Source: a virus. Taken from it: a stretch of 64,000 bases of DNA. Shown piece after piece: positions 7,978 through 14,144 of the stretch (within the stretch, counting starts at the first letter, position 1; each line of letters opens with the position of its first letter). The DNA is taken from IMG/VR virus record IMGVR_UViG_3300044712_002679, positions 116,406 to 180,405 of that record, one strand, 5' to 3'. The notes beneath the pieces were generated by a model that had not been told where the DNA came from, searched no databases, and worked only from the letters and a program-made list of their open reading frames with translations. A program made the position numbers and the translations under genes.

Positions 7978-8053
7978 TGGACTGTATCGGATTTGCACCG
8001 ATTGTTAGCATAATTACTTTTTTGGTTTGCTATGCTTCAAAAAGCAACAGCCC
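7978..8053 (-). tRNA. tRNA-like gene with 17-nt anticodon loop and 4-nt D loop (probable pseudogene or non-canonical tRNA)
   Basis: Acceptor GGGCTGT/ACAGTCC, T arm ATCGG-TGCAAAT-CCGAT, stem TAGCA/TGCTA enclosing AACCAAAAAAGTAATTA; same 3' trailer as the two tRNA-Phe genes. Confidence 0.35.
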
Positions 8054-8055
8054 AT

Positions 8056-8676
8056 TTATTTTTTATATTTATTTTTATTTTTTCCACCATGTGTATCTAA
8101 TGTTGCATTACAATTTGGACATAATATTCTTAAATTTGTTAATCTATGATCATTATTTATCCCATTTATATGATCTAATATTAAACTTATATGTTTTCCT
8201 TTCCAATTTTCATCTTGTCCACACATTTCACACTTTCTTTTTTTTAATCCATCTTCATATAATCTTTCTTTCAAATGTGTTGTATTAAAATTGGAATTTT
8301 CAACTAATATTAATGATAAATCTATTTTTTTATTTAAATTTTTTATTTGAAATTCATATTTAATAAAATGATCAATATTTATATCATATTTTTTAATATA
8401 TTTTTTTAATGTGTTATAAGAAGAACCAAAATTATTAATATCTAATTTAATTAAACATTCTTTATATGTTTTTGAATTTTTAACAATTTCAATTAAATAA
8501 TCTTTTTCATATTTATTTTTTACACTATAATGTGCTTCTATTTTTAATTTTTTTCGTCTTTCCTCAATTGATCTTATTGATCTATCTAATTTAGTTAAAC
8601 AATATTTTAAACCATAAATAGGATAATTTTCAATCAATATATCATCTTCATTTTTTGTCCATTTTTTATTTTTCAT
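8056..8676 (-). CDS. HNH homing endonuclease (free-standing)
   Basis: CEMCGQDENWKGKHISLILDHINGINNDHRLTNLRILCPNCNA = HNH core with flanking CxxC pairs; embedded in tRNA array. Confidence 0.85.
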   Translation of the reverse strand: MKNKKWTKNEDDILIENYPIYGLKYCLTKLDRSIRSIEERRKKLKIEAHYSVKNKYEKDYLIEIVKNSKTYKECLIKLDINNFGSSYNTLKKYIKKYDINIDHFIKYEFQIKNLNKKIDLSLILVENSNFNTTHLKERLYEDGLKKRKCEMCGQDENWKGKHISLILDHINGINNDHRLTNLRILCPNCNATLDTHGGKNKNKYKK

Positions 8677-8767
8677 TTTAAGTTATTTTTTGTAGTATAT
8701 ATAAATATTTTAAACTACAAAAAATCACTATGAACTATAAAAATTCAAAAAAATAGTTATGGGAATG

Positions 8768-8848
8768 CACGACAGAGAGGATTCGAACCCCTGAACCTTT
8801 CGGTATAGTTTTGGAGACTATCAGCTTTAACCACTTGCATACTGCCGT
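8768..8848 (-). tRNA. Class II (long variable arm) tRNA, anticodon CCA (Trp codon UGG), discriminator G
   Basis: Acceptor ACGGCAG/CTGTCGT, class II-type D loop AAGTGGTTAAA, anticodon arm ATAGT-CTCCAAA-ACTAT, variable arm ACC-GAAA-GGT, T arm AGGGG-TTCGAAT-CCTCT; 81 nt. Confidence 0.65.
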
Positions 8849-8857
8849 ATATTTTTG

Positions 8858-8941
8858 CGGAGGCGAAGGGAATCGAACCCCCAAATCATTACTGATTTAC
8901 TTGTTTTCAAGACAAGCCCCTCGTCCATTCGGACCACCTCC
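8858..8941 (-). tRNA. tRNA-Ser (UGA), class II
   Basis: Acceptor GGAGGTG/CGCCTCC, anticodon arm CTTGT-CTTGAAA-ACAAG, variable arm AAATCA..TGATTT, T loop TTCGATT, discriminator G. Confidence 0.85.
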
Positions 8942-8991
8942 AAATACAATTTAAAAGATTGTTCGTTATTTTTTGCTGTATGTATTCTTTG
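8942..8991 (-). repeat. Spacer with conserved trailer and free anticodon-arm-like hairpin (loop CUUUUAA)
   Basis: CAAAGAATACATACAGCAAAAAA trailer after tRNA-Phe; ACAAT-CTTTTAA-ATTGT at 8946..8962, loop identical to the two UUU-anticodon tRNAs. Confidence 0.65.
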
Positions 8992-9067
8992 TGGGGTGAG
9001 GTGGATTCGAACCACCATCCCTGGATTTTCAGTCCAGTGCGAAACTGACCAACTGCGCTACCACCCC
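8992..9067 (-). tRNA. tRNA-Phe (GAA), canonical T-loop
   Basis: Acceptor GGGGTGG/TCACCCC, anticodon arm CTGGA-CTGAAAA-TCCAG, T arm GGTGG-TTCGAAT-CCACC, discriminator A. Confidence 0.9.
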
Positions 9068-9084
9068 AATAAGTATAACGTATG

Positions 9085-9157
9085 TGCGTCTGGTGGGTCA
9101 CGATCCCACGACTCCATCATTAAAAGTGATGTACTCTACCAACTGAGTTACAGACGC
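9085..9157 (-). tRNA. tRNA-Lys (UUU), swapped T-loop ATCGTGA
   Basis: Acceptor GCGTCTG/CAGACGC, D arm ACTC-AGTTGGTA-GAGT, anticodon arm CATCA-CTTTTAA-TGATG, T arm GTGGG-ATCGTGA-CCCAC, discriminator A. Confidence 0.8.
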
Positions 9158-9196
9158 AAAAATATTCAATATGTCAATGAACTTTAAAAAAAATTG

Positions 9197-9282
9197 TGAT
9201 CCCGATGGGACTCGAACCCATGTACAACTTTCGTATCCCACATTAAAAGTGTGGTGCCTCGTTCCAACTCGGCCACGGAATC
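9197..9282 (-). tRNA. Class II (long variable arm) tRNA, anticodon UUU (Lys), discriminator A
   Basis: Base-by-base reverse complement: GATTCCG TG GCC GAGTTGGAACGA GGC A CCACA CTTTTAA TGTGG GATACGAAAGTTGTAC ATGGG TTCGAGT CCCAT CGGGATC A; Ser-like D arm; 86 nt. Confidence 0.7.
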
Positions 9283-9308
9283 AATAAATAAAGAACGTAA
9301 CAAAAAAA

Positions 9309-9334
9309 AATCCGAACTTTTTACGGTTCGGATT
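9309..9334. terminator. Strong bidirectional terminator
   Basis: AATCCGAAC / GTTCGGATT 9-bp stem, 9 A upstream and 5 T downstream. Confidence 0.8.
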
Positions 9335-9580
9335 TTTCTGTTTTATCTTAATTAAAAATCAATTTATTTTGACTTATTAAGTAAGCATACGAAATCCGAA
9401 CCTGATCTATGTGACCAAAAGCTCTTAAAGGATTTACTATGTTTACTTACGTTTCTCATGATTTCTATTTTTTACTTTGTTTTACTTATATAGAAAATTA
9501 ATTCTATTTTGTTTATTTTTTCTTTTATATATTAACGTAAAAAAGTCATTTTTTTCTATTTTTGATTTTTGTGACTTTTC
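9335..9580 (-). ncRNA. Candidate non-coding RNA unit 1 (promoter to terminator, about 250 nt)
   Basis: Bounded by minus-strand TATATTTG box (9587..9594) and terminator 9309..9334. No ORF of 60 aa or more. Nested long hairpin 9378..9449 (TAAGTAAGCAT/ATGTTTACTTA outer, AAATCC/GGATTT inner). Confidence 0.4.
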
Positions 9581-9586
9581 ACGATA

Positions 9587-9594
9587 CAAATATA
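9587..9594 (-). promoter_or_regulatory. -7 promoter box TATATTTG (minus strand)
   Basis: Part of a ~55-nt block duplicated at 9827..9880 (ACAAATATACRCATTATTTTTAATCWACCAAAT). Confidence 0.55.
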
Positions 9595-9649
9595 CGCATT
9601 ATTTTTAATCTACCAAATTTTTTTAATGTTTTTTTTTAAAATAATTAAC

Positions 9650-9820
9650 AGAAAGAGTTTTAACCTTTCCGCAAGACTTTCGCAATAACTTTCTCAAGGT
9701 TGTTGTTAGTTCTTGTTTGTATCCAGTCTCTTATCCCCTTTGAGTTGGGTGTTTAGGTATTATAAGTGAACTCTCTTATAATCTTGCTTGGGCGCACATC
9801 CTAAACTTTACTTTTCAAAT
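9650..9820 (-). ncRNA. Candidate non-coding RNA unit 2 (about 170 nt, locally GC-richer)
   Basis: Downstream of minus-strand TATATTTG box 9827..9834. No ORF of 60 aa or more on the minus strand (the only track ORF here, 9788..9991 +, is antisense and AT-rich). Visibly higher G+C than surroundings. Ends with GAAAG..CTTTC hairpin and T-rich tract. Confidence 0.4.
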
Positions 9821-9826
9821 TCTTTA

Positions 9827-9834
9827 CAAATATA
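9827..9834 (-). promoter_or_regulatory. -7 promoter box TATATTTG (minus strand)
   Basis: Second copy of the duplicated promoter block. Confidence 0.55.
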
Positions 9835-9949
9835 CACATTATTTTTTAATCACCAAATATTTTTCAATATTTTTTCAATTAAATTCATTGGTTTACAATT
9901 GGTAATTGGCAAAATTACTAAAATTGGCAATAATAAATCAAATGTTTTT

Positions 9950-10270
9950 TCATTTATTTTTCATTTCGAATTCGAATGTTGCATCATATGATTCACAATA
10001 TCCTGGTTTATCGTAAGATATTTTCCAACCATAATCTCGATATAAGTCTTCAAAATCCATCCAATGATTTTTGTATATATGTTCACTTGTCATATGTTCG
10101 GGTGCAACTTTCATAATTTCTGTCATAATATCTTTTTGTCTTATCGTAAAACTAGATTTGACATAATTATTTTTAATTGCATTATTTATTCCGAGTATTA
10201 CAAAATCTGGAATATTACTTTTTGCTTCATTCCTAGCTTCTTCTGGTGTTATTGGCTTAATTTCTGACAT
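9950..10270 (-). CDS. Hypothetical protein
   Basis: 106-aa ORF, first gene of a long minus-strand block. Confidence 0.6.
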   Translation of the reverse strand: MSEIKPITPEEARNEAKSNIPDFVILGINNAIKNNYVKSSFTIRQKDIMTEIMKVAPEHMTSEHIYKNHWMDFEDLYRDYGWKISYDKPGYCESYDATFEFEMKNK

Positions 10271-10272
10271 AT

Positions 10273-10485
10273 TTAGAATATTTTATTATACCACTTAGTT
10301 TTATCTTCCCAATATTTTAATAATATTTCAAACCCTTCTTTGGTTTTATCATCAATTTCTCCGTTATTACGCATTTGGGCAATTCTTTTCTTCAAAGATT
10401 TAAGATACATACGTTTACGTATGATCATAAATAACAATAAAAAAAATGCATTAAATACTAAGTAAATTACAATTTTTGTTATCAT
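10273..10485 (-). CDS. Hypothetical membrane protein
   Basis: 70-aa ORF with N-terminal hydrophobic helix IVIYLVFNAFFLLLFMII; promoter box 27 nt upstream. Confidence 0.55.
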   Translation of the reverse strand: MITKIVIYLVFNAFFLLLFMIIRKRMYLKSLKKRIAQMRNNGEIDDKTKEGFEILLKYWEDKTKWYNKIF

Positions 10486-10512
10486 AAAATATAGTTTTTT
10501 AAATTACAAATG

Positions 10513-10520
10513 CAAATATA
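10513..10520 (-). promoter_or_regulatory. -7 promoter box TATATTTG (minus strand)
   Basis: CAAATATA on plus strand, 27 nt upstream of start 10485. Confidence 0.5.
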
Positions 10521-10542
10521 ATAAAAATATTTAAATATACAA

Positions 10543-11196
10543 TTATTTTTCACCAGAATTATAACTATTGTCTAACATTATGACACCATCTGAATTATAG
10601 ATATCAATTACATCTTTAACATAGTTTAATAGTCTTTTGGGTGCTTTATAAATTGAACAAGGTCTACCATCAATACCATTTTCTTCTTTTTCGTTAGTTT
10701 TTTTAAATAATACAGAAACACTTTCAGAAAATGATCCACCAACATGATGCCAATCTTCATAATTCACTTTATAATTATAAGTATTCCAAGTCATTCTTTT
10801 AATTCTTTCTTCAGTATCAAAATTATGAACAAATGTATATAATCTTCGTCTACTATAAATACCATCATTTATATATGCTACTAGCGATATTAGAAATATA
10901 TTAATTGTTGCTTGATTATATTCTTTTAATAAGTTATCAAATTGTTTATACCAAGATTTGATAAAATTTAATATATTTTCATCTATATCAATATCAAGGT
11001 CTAAATTAAATGCACGAGAAGCATTTAATGGTGTATCTGTTTTTATTTTTGGTGATATTTTTGTTTTTGGTGTATCTTTTACACCATATTTAGCTGGATC
11101 AAGTCCATTTCGTCTAAAGGTGTCTGCTAATGTTTCACCGGGTAGTGCTGATAATAATTCGAATAAAAAATCATCATAATTTTTTAATATTTTCAT
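10543..11196 (-). CDS. Hypothetical protein
   Basis: 217-aa ORF; no motif recognised. Confidence 0.65.
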   Translation of the reverse strand: MKILKNYDDFLFELLSALPGETLADTFRRNGLDPAKYGVKDTPKTKISPKIKTDTPLNASRAFNLDLDIDIDENILNFIKSWYKQFDNLLKEYNQATINIFLISLVAYINDGIYSRRRLYTFVHNFDTEERIKRMTWNTYNYKVNYEDWHHVGGSFSESVSVLFKKTNEKEENGIDGRPCSIYKAPKRLLNYVKDVIDIYNSDGVIMLDNSYNSGEK

Positions 11197-11230
11197 AAAA
11201 AATTTTATTGTTATATATAAAATTTTTATG

Positions 11231-11316
11231 AAAAAAAAAGTAAATAATAGCTTTTCATTTAATGAGGTTAATAAGCAATTAAGGATGTATCCTCTTATAC
11301 ACCCACTATTATTTAC
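11231..11316 (-). other. Large-loop terminator-like RNA element
   Basis: 11-bp arms GTAAATAATAG / CTATTATTTAC enclose 55 nt (with inner AGGAT-ACA-TCCT hairpin), followed on the minus strand by a 9-U tract. Confidence 0.35.
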
Positions 11317-11459
11317 GATTTTATTTTTTCACACAAATCTTTAAATATGTATTCAAATTCTTCATCATTAACAACTTTATTAATATAATCTTCGAAGGAT
11401 ATATTATTATCTTTTGAATATAATTCATAAGTTGTTTCGATTAATTTTTCTAATATCAT
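11313..11459 (-). CDS. Hypothetical small protein (48 aa)
   Basis: ORF below the track threshold, read by hand: MILEKLIETTYELYSKDNNISFEDYINKVVNDEEFEYIFKDLCEKIKS. Confidence 0.3.
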   Translation of the reverse strand: MILEKLIETTYELYSKDNNISFEDYINKVVNDEEFEYIFKDLCEKIKS

Positions 11460-11474
11460 AATTTAAATAAAGTG

Positions 11475-11570
11475 AAAAAAACAAGTAATTCTTAGTCATC
11501 CTATGTACTAATCAATATTCGTGCATTATAGAATCTGCCAATCAACCAAACACTTAATTACTTGTTTTTT
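11475..11570 (-). other. Large-loop terminator-like RNA element
   Basis: Arms AAAAAACAAGTAATT / AATTACTTGTTTTTT enclose 65 nt; sits between two minus-strand ORFs. Confidence 0.35.
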
Positions 11571-11574
11571 AATT

Positions 11575-11787
11575 TTAATTTTTGTTTTGGTTACTGTTAT
11601 ATGATTTGAATAAAATATTACTAAGAATATTTACACCAAGTGCTTGCCAAAATGTGATTTTTGTTAAGCCAAATAATATTGGCATTAGCCAATTCCACAA
11701 CCACATTGTTGGTAATGCTAAAATCAATGAAACAATAGCAATTAATACAATTACACCAAAAACTTTAAGAAATGCTTCCATAATCAA
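11575..11787 (-). CDS. Hypothetical membrane protein
   Basis: 70-aa ORF with two hydrophobic segments. Confidence 0.55.
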   Translation of the reverse strand: MIMEAFLKVFGVIVLIAIVSLILALPTMWLWNWLMPILFGLTKITFWQALGVNILSNILFKSYNSNQNKN

Positions 11788-11844
11788 TATTTTTAATTTA
11801 TTTATTATTTATTATATATTGAATATATGGATTTGTTTAATTAA

Positions 11845-12057
11845 TTACCATTCATCTTCGAAATATTCTTTATCTTTTTTGTCTTTAAGATATTTATTTC
11901 TTTTTTTTATCCATTTTTGTAATTTTTTCTTTAATTTTTCATTAATTCCAAATTCATCCATTTCTTGGGAATAAATACCTTTTTCTAAGATTTCAATAAA
12001 ATTTTCTAAAAATTCATCATCAATTTTTAATACATCTTTAGCCATTATTGTTTTCAT
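11845..12057 (-). CDS. Hypothetical protein
   Basis: 70-aa ORF, co-oriented and tightly packed. Confidence 0.5.
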   Translation of the reverse strand: MKTIMAKDVLKIDDEFLENFIEILEKGIYSQEMDEFGINEKLKKKLQKWIKKRNKYLKDKKDKEYFEDEW

Positions 12058-12060
12058 ACA

Positions 12061-12282
12061 TTATTTATCACTATTAAGAAATCTACGTGGATTCCAAATC
12101 ATTTCATTTATCACCATTGCTAAAATTTCAACTTCTTTCAGCGTAATATCATCAGGTAAGAATTGATGGAGTAAATTATTTATTTCTGGCTTTAATCTAT
12201 CCATATGTTCTTGTTTTTCTTCGATTGTAATATCGGGTTTTTCACACAATAATTCTTGTGTCATTCTAATTGCTTCTTGCAT
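12061..12282 (-). CDS. Hypothetical protein
   Basis: 73-aa ORF, co-oriented and tightly packed. Confidence 0.5.
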   Translation of the reverse strand: MQEAIRMTQELLCEKPDITIEEKQEHMDRLKPEINNLLHQFLPDDITLKEVEILAMVINEMIWNPRRFLNSDK

Positions 12283-12295
12283 AATTTTATCTGTT

Positions 12296-12763
12296 TTATT
12301 TTTTCATTCGATTTGATGTCTCCCCATCAAAATTATCTTGTTTTGCCTTATGTGGAAACATTGCATAAAATATTTTCCAAACTTTTTTTGATCGAGTTTT
12401 CTTTGGGTATCTGATTGAATTTTTGTTAGACCCACCACTACCAACATAGACACCTTTATTGTCTCTTGTTTCTTTTATACTATTTGTATCTAATGTTTTA
12501 TTTTTTTTATCAAATTCTTCCAAATAAATATTATGTAATTCTGTCATATCAATGTTAGTATCCATTACAATTGTTCGTATTTCTTTTAAAGCCAAATATC
12601 TTTCTTTCACTATACCCCTACAATGCTTATCTTCGTTTATGTTTGTTTCTAAATATGCTATTTGTTTATTTAAATGTTCGATATAAAGATTTTTATCTAC
12701 ATAATTACCACCATGTCCATCGTGTTTGTGAATAAGTGTTCTTAATTTTCTATATTTTTCCAT
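12296..12763 (-). CDS. Hypothetical protein
   Basis: 155-aa ORF. Confidence 0.6.
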   Translation of the reverse strand: MEKYRKLRTLIHKHDGHGGNYVDKNLYIEHLNKQIAYLETNINEDKHCRGIVKERYLALKEIRTIVMDTNIDMTELHNIYLEEFDKKNKTLDTNSIKETRDNKGVYVGSGGSNKNSIRYPKKTRSKKVWKIFYAMFPHKAKQDNFDGETSNRMKK

Positions 12764-12764
12764 A

Positions 12765-13322
12765 TTAATCTGTATAACTTAATACTGCAATTTTTATATT
12801 GTTGGTGTAGATACTATCTACTCGAATAAATAAGGCATCCCCATTTTCATATTTTTCATATAATTCATCATAATTGTCTTCTAATGATCCTATTATTTCT
12901 TTAATTTCTAAATAATAAAAATTAAAATCATATTCTTTTTCTAAATATTCATATTCTTTTTCTAATTTTTCTATCCATTTAGCTTGTTCATTAATATTTT
13001 TAAATGAATTCAATTTTGGTTTATATGAATTATCATCATATGCAATATAATCATAATCAACGATTAACATCAAATCTAATAATTCTTTGGCTTTTTCAGA
13101 CAATTTAGTCGATGTTATATGATCATCATAATCAACCAACAGTGAATCTATTTTACCGTCAATTTCTATATTTTCTCTTAGCCAATTATCCAAATGATGT
13201 TCTAAATTATCATATGTAAAAAAATTAGTATCAAAATTTTTCTTAAATTCTTCTATTAATTCTTGTCGTACTTCTAAGTATCTTTTTATTAATTCATTAT
13301 CTTTATTTACTATTGGTCTCAT
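12765..13322 (-). CDS. Hypothetical protein
   Basis: 185-aa acidic ORF. Confidence 0.6.
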   Translation of the reverse strand: MRPIVNKDNELIKRYLEVRQELIEEFKKNFDTNFFTYDNLEHHLDNWLRENIEIDGKIDSLLVDYDDHITSTKLSEKAKELLDLMLIVDYDYIAYDDNSYKPKLNSFKNINEQAKWIEKLEKEYEYLEKEYDFNFYYLEIKEIIGSLEDNYDELYEKYENGDALFIRVDSIYTNNIKIAVLSYTD

Positions 13323-13331
13323 ATTTTTTTA

Positions 13332-13877
13332 TTATTTTTTGTCACACATCAACCGTCTTTGTCTAATAAGATCAATTAATTCTATTGAAAAATCTTTATT
13401 AACTTCATTAGCTAACGGTAGAATATATTTTTCTGTTTGTTGTAAATATTCTAAAACTTTTTTATCTGTGTGTGTATCTAAATGTAAATCTGTCAAATTA
13501 CTAATTCTATCAGCGCATTTTAATATCTTTGCTCTTATTGAAATATATTGTAATCTTTGACAATATTCTTCTTTTGTTTCATCTTCACGTTTAGTAACTT
13601 CCAAAATTACATTAACGACTTCTGGTCCATCAATATCAAGTGATCTAATTTCATCTAAATTTGTTCCCAATTCTTCTATTAAATCGTGCAACAGACTAGA
13701 TTTCAATAATATGGGATCATAAAAATATTTGTAATCTAATAAAATACCCAATGTTGCAAAAGAATGTCTAAATTGATTTCCACCAACTTTTCTATGAACA
13801 CCAATTAAAGCAGTTGCTTTTAAAATGTATGGTGCAAGATTTAAATTTTGCAATGATATTAGGTTATTATTTGTCAT
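13332..13877 (-). CDS. HD-domain (p)ppGpp pyrophosphohydrolase (small alarmone hydrolase, SpoT/Mesh1-like)
   Basis: HRKVGGNQFRHSFATLGILL...LLKSSLLHDLIEELG...KILKCADRISNL parallels the SpoT hydrolase motifs H..Q.R..G.PY..HP..VA, LLHDvvEDT and KLADRlHNm. Confidence 0.7.
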   Translation of the reverse strand: MTNNNLISLQNLNLAPYILKATALIGVHRKVGGNQFRHSFATLGILLDYKYFYDPILLKSSLLHDLIEELGTNLDEIRSLDIDGPEVVNVILEVTKREDETKEEYCQRLQYISIRAKILKCADRISNLTDLHLDTHTDKKVLEYLQQTEKYILPLANEVNKDFSIELIDLIRQRRLMCDKK

Positions 13878-13952
13878 ATAAATATTGATTTATAGTAAAT
13901 AAAAATGTGGTTAATATATCATCAGGCATTTCTGTTTTAATTTTATACATAA

Positions 13953-14144
13953 TTATTTAAATCTTTTTTCAAAACTTTCTTTATTTAATGATACACCATT
14001 CTGAAATTTATAAAATCTTCCATCGAAAATAACATTAAATACATCACCAGATTTTGCATCTAATTTATTATCAATGCCATTTCGAACATTTTTTATTTGT
14101 ACATCTTCTGTACACGTTACAGTTTTTGTTATACTTTTTTTCAT
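13953..14144 (-). CDS. Hypothetical protein
   Basis: Start set at ATG 14144 (ATGA overlap with upstream stop); 63 aa. Confidence 0.45.
   Translation of the reverse strand: MKKSITKTVTCTEDVQIKNVRNGIDNKLDAKSGDVFNVIFDGRFYKFQNGVSLNKESFEKRFK

Noticed and set aside
5275-9187. Many track ORFs across the tRNA array (5275..5475, 5366..5557, 5396..5593, 7054..7359, 7602..7856, 7715..7915, 7804..7998, 7941..8288, 8827..9018, 8855..9187, 8907..9101).
   Set aside because: They are translations of tRNA DNA. Peptides such as GFEPPT, GIRTHV, GIEPAP, RESNPQ and WIRTT are the signature of GGATTCGAACC T-arm complements. They also overlap each other in several frames.
5092-9334. tRNA array considered as a prophage integration site or genomic-island boundary.
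   Set aside because: No integrase or recombinase gene and no flanking direct repeats of a tRNA 3' end. The genes on both sides are phage-like and equally AT-rich.
9650-9820. Candidate ncRNA unit 2 (and the 135-nt gene at 5309..5443) considered as the tmRNA partner of the phage SmpB.
   Set aside because: Unit 2 has neither a tRNA-like acceptor/T-arm pairing of its 5' and 3' ends nor a GGTTCGA-type T loop. I found no tag ORF ending in a hydrophobic ALAA-like tail. The gene at 5309..5443 is far too short and has a normal D arm.
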